Part shown: one piece after another, positions 37,054 through 45,970 of the stretch
Numbering within the stretch: the first letter of the stretch is position 1
Layout of the letters: the number at the start of each line of letters is the position of its first letter
Translations under genes and position numbers: made by a program
The notes under the pieces: generated by a model
The model's database searches: none
Seen by the model: the letters and a program-made list of their open reading frames with translations, nothing else
Told to the model about the DNA's origin: nothing
Assembly: GCA_963777045.1 (NCBI GenBank)
Contig: CAVZPD010000009.1
Span: forward strand, 139,583 to 203,582
Direction of reading: 5' to 3'
Length of the DNA: 64,000 nt
Origin: an uncultured Chloroflexia bacterium
Lineage (GTDB): Bacteria; Chloroflexota; Limnocylindria; QHBO01

Positions 37054-40000
37054 TTGCCCGCGCCCTCTGTCGCGGTGCCGACGGACGTGGGCTATCGCGA
37101 CTTCTCGTACGGCTCGAGCGTGAGCGCACCGACGGGCCAGAAGCCCCAGAGCAAGCTGTGGGTGAACGATGGCACCTGGTGGGGTGCCCTCTACAGCACC
37201 ACGGCGCATGCCTTCACTGTTCACCGGCTGGACTGGGCCACGCAGGAGTGGTCCGACACTGGTGTCGAGATCGATCCACGCACATCGGCCAGGTTGGACG
37301 TGATGTGGGATGGCAGCCACCTCTACACGATCGGTGCCGGAACGGGGACCAGCAGCGGCGACTCGGCGGAGCTGCGCCGCTTCAGCTACAGCCCCGGTGG
37401 CGGGTACGTGCTGGACGCGGGCTTTCCGGTCGTGGTGGTCGACGGCGGGATGGAGGCGGGCGTCTTCGACAAGGACTCCACCGGCGTTATCTGGTTCACG
37501 TACACGCGCGGCAACGCCACCTACGTCACCCACAGCACCACCGATGACCTCTCCTGGGGCACGCCATTCGTGATCCCGGTCGCGGGCGCCGACACGCTCG
37601 ATCCGGACGACATCTCGGCGGTCGTGGCGTACGACGGCAAGATTGGCGTCATGTGGAGCAACCAGACCGACTCCACGATGTACTTCGCGACGCACGCGGA
37701 CGGTGCACCGACCAGCCAGTGGACGGTCAATCCGGCCGTTCAGCTACCGGAGTACGCCGACGACCACTTGAACCTCAAGTCGCTCCAGGCCGATGCCGAC
37801 GGACGGGTCTACGCTGCGACGAAGACGTCGCTCAATGCTGGCAACGCTCCACTCATGCTCCTGCTGGTGCTCGACGGCAACGGCAGTTGGCAGCGCCACA
37901 CGGTGGCGACCGTGGCGGAGAACCACACGCGGCCGCTCGTCCTCATCGACCAGGAGAACCGGCAGCTCTACTGGTTCGCCGCCTCCCCCTGCTGCAGCGG
38001 CGGCACGATCTACTACAAGCAGACCTCGCTCGACAACATCTCGTTCGCACCCGGTCTTGGCACGCCGTTCATCGAGAGCAGCACGGACGTGAACATCAAC
38101 AACATCAGCTCGACCAAGCAGGCGCTCGACTCCTCGACGGGACTCGTGGCCATCGCCAGCGACGACCACACCCGCTACTACCTGCACAACGCCTTCAGCC
38201 TGGCACCGCCGGGCGGTCCGCCCGACACGACCATCACCTCCGGGCCGTCGGGCGACGTCTCGGTGGACACGGCCTCGTTCAGCTTCGTCTCGACGGTGAC
38301 CGGTTCTTCGTTCGAGTGCTCGCTCGACGGAGCGCCCGCTGTCAGCTGCACGTCGCCGACGACCTACACCGGCCTCGCCCTGGGCTCGCACACCTTCGAC
38401 GTTGCTGCGCGCGATCCCGCCGGCCAGCTCGATCCGTCGCCGGCCCACGCCGACTGGAACGTGGTCGATGCGGGTGACGTCGTCACCGAGGTGGACATCA
38501 GGATCGCGGCCTCCATCGACGACGCCGAGGAGTGGGAGAGCGGCGATGTCAATCTCGACAGCAGCGACCTCGAGCTGGTCGATGATTCCGGGCGCGGGAA
38601 CCAGGCGGTGGGCATGCGCTTCCCCGGCCTCACCATCCCGCCGGGCGCCACCATCACCGATGCCTGGATCCAGTTCCAGGTCGACGAGGCTTCCAGCGGC
38701 GGCGCTTCCCTCGTCATCTCCGCGCAGGATGCTGATAGCGCAGAGCCCTTCAGCAGCACGCCGGGAACCATCCGATCCCGCCCACGCACCACCTCCACGG
38801 TGGCGTGGAGCCCGCCGGGATGGCCCACCGTCGGCGCCGCCGGAGCGGAGCAGCGGACCCCGCCGCTGACCGCGGTCCTCCAGTCGCTCATCGATCGGCC
38901 GGGATGGGCAGCAGGCAACGCCGCCGCCTTCATCGTCACCGGCAGCGGCACGCGCTGGGCGGAAGCCTTCGACGGCGATCCTTCCGGCGCTCCGTTACTG
39001 CATGTCGCCTACAGCAGCGCGCCGCCCGACCCGCCGACCATCAGCGCTGTCTCGCCGACGAGCGGGCCACCCGGAACGCTGGTGACGATCGACGGGAGCG
39101 ACCTGGGCGGCGCGTCGGCCGTCGCCTTCAACGGGACGGCGGCGCCCTACACGGTCGTGTCGAGCTCGCAGATCACGGCGACGGTGCCGGGCGGCGCTAC
39201 CACGGGGCCCCTCTCGGTCACGGGGCCGGGCGGCACGACGAGCGGCCCGGACTTCACCGTCACGCCGGCCGAGCCCAGCGAAGCGATCCGCGTGCCGGCG
39301 GATCAGCCGACCATCCAGGCGGCCATCGACGTGGCCGTGGACGACGACGTCATCCTGGTGGCCCCCGGCACCTACCACGAGAGCGTCGTGATCAGCGGCA
39401 AGACGATCACGCTGGCGTCGCAGTACTACGAGTCGTCCGACCCGTCGCTCATCGAGTCGACCGTGATCGACACCAACGGATCTCAGGACGCGATCGTCAT
39501 CCAGGATACGACCGGAGCCGGTCCCACCATCCAGGGCCTGAAGCTGGTGAAGGGCTCGACCTCCATCCTGGACGGCATCCGCGTCGAGGGCAGCGCGCGC
39601 CTGCTCGACCTGCACATCGTCGGATTCGACGACGGCGTCGACCTGGATCCCCTCGGCGGCGGTTCATCCATCTGCGAGTGCCTCCGGAACCTGATCGAGC
39701 TCGGGACCGATGACGGCTTCGACCTGGACGGCGCGGCGGGCGGCGTCTTCGAGCAGAACATCCTGCGCAACAACCACGAAGACGGCATCGAGGTGCGCCT
39801 GTCCGACACCGCGGGCCTGGTGGAGATGACGTTCCGCGACAACGAGATCAGCGGCAATGGGCAGGACGGGATCCAGATCATCGACCTGCTCGGCGCCTCG
39901 AACCGGGTCTTCACCATCGAGCGCAACCTGATCGTGGACAACGGTCGGGCCGGCATCGGGCTCATGGACAACGCGCAGTCGGGCGAGGACTACCGCGCGG

Positions 40001-43000
40001 CCAGCCTGCCCGACCGGATCAACCTGTTCAACAACACGTTCTCCGGGAACGACCACGGAATGAGCGGCGGTGACAACGTCATCGGCCTCAACAACATCTT
40101 CGAGGGTTCAAGCGCCATCGGCGTCAAGGGCGTCGATGGGGGAAGCCTGCTCGCCTACAGCACCTTCTGGAACAACGGGACGGACGCCTCGGGCTCGAAC
40201 CTGGATGGCGCGACCACCCAGCAGGCTGATCCCCTGCTGGCGGCCGATTTCAGCCTCAGCGCGGGAAGCCCTGCCATCGATGCCGGCGTGGCCACGTACG
40301 ACTTCGGCGGCGAGACGGTGCTGGACCTGCCGCCGGGCTCGTACAGCGGCTCGGCGCCGGACCACGGAGCCCTCGAGTTCACGGGAAGCACGGGTCCCCC
40401 GAGCCCGACCATCAGCCAGCCGAGCGCCGGCGAGACCATCACGACACGGACCTTCACCGTGCGTGGCACGGCACCGGGCGCGGTCCGCGTGCGCCTCCTG
40501 GTCGACGGCAGCGAGCGCGCCTCCACCGCGGTGGGCAGCGGCGATGCGTGGGCCACCGTCGTCAACGGGCTGGCCGACGGGCCGCACACCCTGGCCACGG
40601 TGGCCGTGGATGCGGCGGACAACCAGTCGGCCGCGTCGGCGGACCTGGCCATCAGCGTCGCGGTTGCCGTGGCCGACCCGGTCGTGGCCGCTGCCGGCGA
40701 TATCGCCTGCGATCGCACCGGGACGACCGACTGCCGCCAGATGGCGACCTCCGATCTGCTGCTCGACGGGACCTACGACGCGGTGCTGAGCCTGGGCGAT
40801 CACCAGTACGAATGCGGCAGCAGCTCCGAGTTCGCCGTCGGGTACGACCCGAGCTGGGGCCGCGTCAAGCCGATCACGCGCCCGACCGTGGGCAACCACG
40901 AGTACTTCACCGATCGCGGCGTGGACTGCGATCCGACCGGCACCGCGAGCGGCTACTTCGACTACTTTGGAGCCGCGGCCGGGACGCAGGGCGAGGGCTG
41001 GTACTCCTACGACCTCGGTGGCTGGCACCTCGTGGCCCTCAACTCGAACTGCGCCGAGATCGGTGGCTGCGGCGCTGGATCGGCCCAGGAGCAGTGGCTG
41101 CAGGCGGACCTGGCGGCCAGCGGGGCGTCGTGCACCCTGGCGTACTGGCACCACCCGCGCTGGTCGAGCGGCAGCGTGCACGGCAGCGATGCGATCACGC
41201 AGGCGCTGGTTGACGCGCTCTACGCGAACGGCGCCGAGCTGCTGCTCGCCGGCCACGACCACGACTACGAGCGCTTCGCTCCGCAGGCCCCGGATGGGAC
41301 GTCGGACGCCGACTACGGGCTCCGCCAGTTCGTGGTGGGGACCGGCGGGCGGTCCGTCCTTCCGTTCGGGACCGTCCAGCCCAACAGCGAGGCCCGCGCC
41401 GCAACGGACTTCGGCGTCCTGTCGTTGACGCTCCACGACGCGGGCTATTCGTGGAGCTTCCTCACCACCTCCGGGTCGACGCTCGACAGCGGCACCGCGG
41501 ACTGCCATGGCGATCCCGGGTCAGGCGACACGACACCGCCGCAGACGACGATCGGCTCCGGACCCGCGGATCCATCTGCGTCGGCTGACGCCAGCTTCAC
41601 GCTCAGCTCGTCCGAGGCGGGCTCCACCTTCGAGTGCGCGCTCGACGGCGCCGCGTTCAGCGCCTGCACCTCGCCTGCCACCTACACCGGCCTGGCCGAT
41701 GGCTCCCATGGCTTCGCGGCGCGCGCCACCGACACATCCGGCAACACCGACCCCATCCCGGCCGCCTGGGGATGGACGATCGACACGACGGCCCCGTCCG
41801 TCACCAGCGTGAGCCCGGCGGACGGCGCGACCGGCGTAGACACCACGACCCTCGTGACCGCGACCCTTGACGAACCGGTGGATGCGGCATCGTTGACGAG
41901 CGCCACCTTCACCCTCGCCGCCAACGCGATTCCCGTGCCTGCCGATGTCTCGCTCGGCCCGGCCGCGAACGTCGTCACGCTGACTCCTGCCTCAGCCCTC
42001 GGCGAGCTGCAGACCTACACGGCGCGGCTCGACGGCCTGACCGACCGGGCCGGCAACCCGCTGGCGATCACCACGTGGTCGTTCACCACCGCGGGCGACA
42101 CGACCCCGCCGGAGACGACGATTGACTCCGGGCCAGGCGACCCGTCGCTGACCACGGCGGCCACCTTCACCCTGGGCTCGTCGGAGTCCGGCTCGACCTT
42201 CGAGTGCTCGCTCGACGGCGCCGCCTTCGCCCCCTGCGCCTCGCCTGCCTCCTACACCGACCTGGCCGATGGCCCGCACACCTTCGCGGCTCGCGCCACT
42301 GACGCGGCCGGCAACACCGATCCCACCCCTGCGACCTCGAGCTGGACGATCGACGCCACAGCGCCATCGGTCAGCGGGGTGAGCCCCGTCGATGGCGCGA
42401 CCGACGTCCCGCTGGCTACCAGCGTCACGGCGACCTTCGACGAGGCGATGGCACCCGCCACGGTCACGGGCTCGACCTTCCGCCTGACCCTGGCCGGCAG
42501 CCCGATTGCAGCCACCGTGAACTACAACGGCAACAGCCACGTGGCGACGCTGACCCCGAGCGCGCCGCTGGGGTACGCGGCAACCTACGTCGCGACGGTC
42601 GACGGCGCGACGGACGCGGCCGGCAACCCGCTCCCGGTCACCACCTGGTCGTTCACCACGGTGCCGGACACCACGCCACCCCAGACGAGCATCGGGTCAG
42701 GCCCAGCCGATCCGTCGTCATCGGCCGACGCGAGCTTCACCTTCTCGTCGTCCGAGGCTGGGTCGACGTTCGAGTGTGCGCTGGACGGCGCCGCCTTCGG
42801 TGCCTGCACCTCGCCCGCGTCGTACACCGGTCTGGCCGATGGCTCCCACGGCTTCTCGGCTCGGGCCACTGACGCAGCGGGCAACACCGATCCGACGCCC
42901 GCGACCTGGAGCTGGACGATCGACACCAGCGTGCCGCCGGCACCGGTGAGCGTCACCTTCAACCCGAACGCGGATGCCCACGTGCGGCAGGCGGCGCCGA

Positions 43001-44142
43001 CCGCGAACTACGGATCGTCCACCACGCTCCTCAGCGATGCGGTCGACGGCGGCGGGGCGGCCGAAGCCAACGTGCGCTTCAACGTCAGCGGCGTGAGCGG
43101 CACCGTGCAACGGGCCGTCCTGCGCATCTGGGTCACCAACAAGAGCAACAACGGCCCCAGCGTCTACCGATCGGACGCCGCCTGGAGCGAGGCCTCACTC
43201 GACTGGACCACGCGGCCGGCGCGGCTGGGCGGCGCTGTCGCCACCGCCGGGGCGATCGCCACCGGCTGGTACGAGTACGACGTGACGTCTGCGCTCTCCG
43301 GCGACGGGCTCTTCAGCTTCACGCTGGTCCCGACCTCTTCCGACGGGCTGGACTTCAGCTCCCGGGAAGGCAGCGTCCGGCCGCAGCTGGTGATCACCTA
43401 CCTGGGCGGCGACGACACCACGCCGCCGCAGACGACGATCCAGTCCGGTCCTCCCGATCCCAGCAGCTCGGGGAGTGCGACCTTCGCCTTCATCTCGAAC
43501 GAGCTGGGATCCAGCTTCGCCTGCTCGCTGGACGGCGCTCCGTTCGCGGCCTGCACCAGCCCCACGCAGTACACCGGGCTCTCGACCGGCCCACACGGCT
43601 TCTCGGTGCGCGCCACCGACGCGTCCGGCAACGCCGATCCCACTCCGGCAACCTGGTCCTGGACCATCGTGACGGCCACCTCGGGCACCTTCAGCGCCGG
43701 GGCCGATACGCTGGCGGACGAGCGTCGCTCGACCTCGAACTTCGGAACCACCACGACCCTGGAATCCGACGGCGACAGCGGCCGCAGCAAGCAGGCGTTC
43801 CTGCGGTTCGACGTCAGCGGGGCGACCTCCACCATCGTCTCGGCGAAGATCAGGATCTGGGTCACGAACGCCACTACCAACGGCCCGGAGGTCTTCTCCA
43901 TCGGCTCCGGCTGGGTCGAGGGAACACTCACCTGGGCCAATCGTCCACTGCCGATCGGCCCGGCGCTCGTGGACGCGGGCAGCATCGCCAGCGGGGCGTG
44001 GTACGAATTCGACGTGACGCCGGCGGTCACCGGCAACGGGACCTACTCGTTCGTCTTCGTCTCCGCGTCGACCGACGCGCTCAAGTTTGCGTCCCGGGAA
44101 ACAACCACGCCTCCGCAGCTGGTCGTGGTCTACGGCTCGTAG
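37054..44142 (+). CDS. giant (2362 aa from the TTG at 37054) secreted multidomain protein with a calcineurin-like metallophosphoesterase core
   Basis: Domain order, in translated coordinates: N-terminal Trp/Thr-rich beta region; IPT/TIG-like domain (PTISAVSPTSGPPGTLVTIDGSDLGG...); parallel beta-helix repeats (NILRNNHEDGIEV, RDNEISGNGQDGIQI, ERNLIVDNGRAGIGL); metallophosphoesterase motifs GDIACD, GDHQYE, GNHEY, GHDHDYERF; six ~95-aa two-Cys Ig-like repeats (TTPPQTTI.SGP.DPS...GSTFEC.LDGAAF.ACTSP..YTGLADG.H.F..RATD..GNTDP); Big_5-like P.DGAT.V domains; two DNRLRE/CBM-like domains. The true start is probably ~21 codons upstream (~36991, non-AUG), where an in-frame Sec signal peptide is encoded. 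Confidence 0.7.
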   Translation: MPAPSVAVPTDVGYRDFSYGSSVSAPTGQKPQSKLWVNDGTWWGALYSTTAHAFTVHRLDWATQEWSDTGVEIDPRTSARLDVMWDGSHLYTIGAGTGTSSGDSAELRRFSYSPGGGYVLDAGFPVVVVDGGMEAGVFDKDSTGVIWFTYTRGNATYVTHSTTDDLSWGTPFVIPVAGADTLDPDDISAVVAYDGKIGVMWSNQTDSTMYFATHADGAPTSQWTVNPAVQLPEYADDHLNLKSLQADADGRVYAATKTSLNAGNAPLMLLLVLDGNGSWQRHTVATVAENHTRPLVLIDQENRQLYWFAASPCCSGGTIYYKQTSLDNISFAPGLGTPFIESSTDVNINNISSTKQALDSSTGLVAIASDDHTRYYLHNAFSLAPPGGPPDTTITSGPSGDVSVDTASFSFVSTVTGSSFECSLDGAPAVSCTSPTTYTGLALGSHTFDVAARDPAGQLDPSPAHADWNVVDAGDVVTEVDIRIAASIDDAEEWESGDVNLDSSDLELVDDSGRGNQAVGMRFPGLTIPPGATITDAWIQFQVDEASSGGASLVISAQDADSAEPFSSTPGTIRSRPRTTSTVAWSPPGWPTVGAAGAEQRTPPLTAVLQSLIDRPGWAAGNAAAFIVTGSGTRWAEAFDGDPSGAPLLHVAYSSAPPDPPTISAVSPTSGPPGTLVTIDGSDLGGASAVAFNGTAAPYTVVSSSQITATVPGGATTGPLSVTGPGGTTSGPDFTVTPAEPSEAIRVPADQPTIQAAIDVAVDDDVILVAPGTYHESVVISGKTITLASQYYESSDPSLIESTVIDTNGSQDAIVIQDTTGAGPTIQGLKLVKGSTSILDGIRVEGSARLLDLHIVGFDDGVDLDPLGGGSSICECLRNLIELGTDDGFDLDGAAGGVFEQNILRNNHEDGIEVRLSDTAGLVEMTFRDNEISGNGQDGIQIIDLLGASNRVFTIERNLIVDNGRAGIGLMDNAQSGEDYRAASLPDRINLFNNTFSGNDHGMSGGDNVIGLNNIFEGSSAIGVKGVDGGSLLAYSTFWNNGTDASGSNLDGATTQQADPLLAADFSLSAGSPAIDAGVATYDFGGETVLDLPPGSYSGSAPDHGALEFTGSTGPPSPTISQPSAGETITTRTFTVRGTAPGAVRVRLLVDGSERASTAVGSGDAWATVVNGLADGPHTLATVAVDAADNQSAASADLAISVAVAVADPVVAAAGDIACDRTGTTDCRQMATSDLLLDGTYDAVLSLGDHQYECGSSSEFAVGYDPSWGRVKPITRPTVGNHEYFTDRGVDCDPTGTASGYFDYFGAAAGTQGEGWYSYDLGGWHLVALNSNCAEIGGCGAGSAQEQWLQADLAASGASCTLAYWHHPRWSSGSVHGSDAITQALVDALYANGAELLLAGHDHDYERFAPQAPDGTSDADYGLRQFVVGTGGRSVLPFGTVQPNSEARAATDFGVLSLTLHDAGYSWSFLTTSGSTLDSGTADCHGDPGSGDTTPPQTTIGSGPADPSASADASFTLSSSEAGSTFECALDGAAFSACTSPATYTGLADGSHGFAARATDTSGNTDPIPAAWGWTIDTTAPSVTSVSPADGATGVDTTTLVTATLDEPVDAASLTSATFTLAANAIPVPADVSLGPAANVVTLTPASALGELQTYTARLDGLTDRAGNPLAITTWSFTTAGDTTPPETTIDSGPGDPSLTTAATFTLGSSESGSTFECSLDGAAFAPCASPASYTDLADGPHTFAARATDAAGNTDPTPATSSWTIDATAPSVSGVSPVDGATDVPLATSVTATFDEAMAPATVTGSTFRLTLAGSPIAATVNYNGNSHVATLTPSAPLGYAATYVATVDGATDAAGNPLPVTTWSFTTVPDTTPPQTSIGSGPADPSSSADASFTFSSSEAGSTFECALDGAAFGACTSPASYTGLADGSHGFSARATDAAGNTDPTPATWSWTIDTSVPPAPVSVTFNPNADAHVRQAAPTANYGSSTTLLSDAVDGGGAAEANVRFNVSGVSGTVQRAVLRIWVTNKSNNGPSVYRSDAAWSEASLDWTTRPARLGGAVATAGAIATGWYEYDVTSALSGDGLFSFTLVPTSSDGLDFSSREGSVRPQLVITYLGGDDTTPPQTTIQSGPPDPSSSGSATFAFISNELGSSFACSLDGAPFAACTSPTQYTGLSTGPHGFSVRATDASGNADPTPATWSWTIVTATSGTFSAGADTLADERRSTSNFGTTTTLESDGDSGRSKQAFLRFDVSGATSTIVSAKIRIWVTNATTNGPEVFSIGSGWVEGTLTWANRPLPIGPALVDAGSIASGAWYEFDVTPAVTGNGTYSFVFVSASTDALKFASRETTTPPQLVVVYGS
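41521..43680 (+). repeat. intragenic tandem repeats (~570-750 nt period, 4 units) inside the giant gene
   Basis: Units begin with near-identical GACACGAC(A/C)CCGCCG(C/G)AGACGACGAT... at ~41527, ~42100, ~42667 and ~43417. Each encodes the two-Cys Ig-like module plus a Big-like domain. Confidence 0.6.
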
Positions 44143-44161
44143 CGCAGCGTGCGGCGCGTCG

Positions 44162-44237
44162 TGGAGGGCCGTGTGGGATTCGAACCCACGACACGAGGAT
44201 TAAAAGTCCCCTGCTCTAACCACTGAGCTAACGGCCC
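44162..44237 (-). tRNA. tRNA-Lys (anticodon UUU)
   Basis: Minus-strand sequence GGGCCGTTAGCTCAGTGGTTAGAGCAGGGGACTTTTAATCCTCGTGTCGTGGGTTCGAATCCCACACGGCCCTCCA folds as a cloverleaf. Acceptor GGGCCGT/ACGGCCC, D-arm GCTC/GAGC, anticodon stem GGGGA/TCCTC with loop CTTTTAA, T-arm GTGGG-TTCGAAT-CCCAC, then discriminator T and CCA. Confidence 0.85.
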
Positions 44238-44240
44238 ACC
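44200..44240. repeat. att core copy A (within the tRNA-Lys 5' half, from anticodon loop to 5' end)
   Basis: TTAAAAGTCCCCTGCTCTAACCACTGAGCTAACGGCCCACC, identical to copy B over 41 nt and to copy C over 38 nt. Confidence 0.6.
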
Positions 44241-44354
44241 GATTCGTGCTCAGTTAGAGCACGTGATTCGAAGGAGACTTGACTACACCGTTCTTACAGC
44301 ACATGATTCGGCCGGTCTAGTCAACGCCAACGCCGCCGAATCTCCTGCTGTCAG

Positions 44355-45269
44355 ATGCCTACCAAACCAGCGACCCACGCTCACGCGAACCTCGACCTGG
44401 CCAATGCGGTCGGCTCCTTCACGCGCCATCTTAGGGCAGAGAATCTGGCACCCTCCACCGTGGCCACCTACGTGAAGGCGCTGAACCAGCTGCATACCTT
44501 CCTGGCAGGGAAGGGGATGCCGACCGACGTCGCCGCTGTCCGGCGCGAGCACCTCGAGGCCTTCCTCGTCGGCCTCCAGGACTCCGGCCACCGGCCGGCG
44601 ACGGTGGCCAACCGGTATCGGTCCCTCCAGCAAGTCTTCCGCTGGCTGGTGAACGAGGACGAGATCCGCGAGTCGCCAATGGCCCGCATGCGTCCACCGG
44701 CCGTCCCCGACGATCCGCCGCCGGTGCTGCGCACCGAGCAGCTCGAGCGCCTGCTGGCCGCCTGCGCCGGCACGTCGTTCGAGGAGCGCCGCGACACGGC
44801 CGTCATCCGCCTGCTGGCGTCGACCGGCATGCGTCGCGGCGAGTGCATCGGGCTGCGGGTCGAGGACGTCGACTTCGACCACGAGGTGGCGCTGGTGCTG
44901 GGCAAGGGCCGCCGCCCGCGGGCCTGCCCCTTCGACCGGCAGACCAGCCGCGCCTTGGACCGATACCTCCGCGTCCGCAAGCTGCACTTCGACGCCGATA
45001 CGCCCTGGCTGTGGCTCGGCAAGCGCGGGCGCCTGACCGATACCGGCCTCGCCCAGGTCCTCCGCCGCCGCGGCGCGGCTGCCGGCATACCGAAACTGCA
45101 CCCTCACCTCTTCCGCCACACCTTCGCTCACCAGTGGCTCGCTGATGGCGGCACGGAGGGCGACCTCATGCGCCTGGCTGGCTGGAAGTCGCGCGAGATG
45201 CTGTCCCGCTATGGAGCCTCAGCTGCCCATGAGCGGGCGCAGGAGGCCTATCGGCGGCTTCGCGGATGA
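44355..45269 (+). CDS. tyrosine-type site-specific recombinase/integrase (XerC/D-like)
   Basis: N-terminal SAM-like core-binding domain. Catalytic domain with R (LASTGMRRGE), HxxR (HLFRHTFA), conserved R and Y in LAGWKSREMLSRYGAS. Adjacent to tRNA-Lys. Confidence 0.85.
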   Translation: MPTKPATHAHANLDLANAVGSFTRHLRAENLAPSTVATYVKALNQLHTFLAGKGMPTDVAAVRREHLEAFLVGLQDSGHRPATVANRYRSLQQVFRWLVNEDEIRESPMARMRPPAVPDDPPPVLRTEQLERLLAACAGTSFEERRDTAVIRLLASTGMRRGECIGLRVEDVDFDHEVALVLGKGRRPRACPFDRQTSRALDRYLRVRKLHFDADTPWLWLGKRGRLTDTGLAQVLRRRGAAAGIPKLHPHLFRHTFAHQWLADGGTEGDLMRLAGWKSREMLSRYGASAAHERAQEAYRRLRG

Positions 45270-45289
45270 GGCGTCTGACCGTCCGATCC

Positions 45290-45970
45290 CTATGGTCGCG
45301 CAACCACCCGGCCGTCCTCGAGCCGAACCTGGCGCCCCATGCTCTCAGCCAGCTCAGCGTTGTGGGTTGCGATGACAAGCGAGTAGCCGTGCTGCTCTTG
45401 GAGTCCAAGGAGCAGTTGAACCACATCACGGCTAGTTCTCGAGTCGAGGTTCCCCGTCGGTTCGTCGGCCAGCACGAGATTGGGACTGGCGATCAGCGCT
45501 CGCGCGACGGCAACCCGTTGCTGTTCTCCGCCGGACAGCTCCGCGGGCCGATGTGTCAGCCGATTCCCGAGCCCGACCGATTCAAGCAGCTCAATCGCGC
45601 GGGGCTCGATCGCTGAGCGTGGAATGTATGGCATGAGCGGCAGGAGAACGTTATCGAGCGCGGTCAGCGCCGGCACGAGGTGAAACAGCTGGAAGACCAG
45701 GCCGATGCGGGTTCGCCGCAGGTCCGCCCGATCATCCTCGGACAGCAACGCGGCGTCTCCGGCCTCCACCAGGACGTGCCCTTCGTCTGGCACCTCGATG
45801 AGTCCGAGCAGCCCAAGCAGCGTGCTCTTGCCCGATCCGGATGGTCCCACCACCGCGATCTGCTCACCGCGACCCACGTTCAGCGATACGCCATCGATGG
45901 CGGTGACAGTTGTCTCGCCCTGCCCGTAGCGGCGGGTAACGCGGTCGAGGGTGATCAGTGCGTCGCTCAT
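45290..45970 (-). CDS. ABC transporter ATP-binding protein (MacB/LolD-type)
   Basis: [42 protein letters not shown]. Overlaps the upstream FtsX permease by 4 nt. Confidence 0.85.
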   Translation of the reverse strand: MSDALITLDRVTRRYGQGETTVTAIDGVSLNVGRGEQIAVVGPSGSGKSTLLGLLGLIEVPDEGHVLVEAGDAALLSEDDRADLRRTRIGLVFQLFHLVPALTALDNVLLPLMPYIPRSAIEPRAIELLESVGLGNRLTHRPAELSGGEQQRVAVARALIASPNLVLADEPTGNLDSRTSRDVVQLLLGLQEQHGYSLVIATHNAELAESMGRQVRLEDGRVVARP

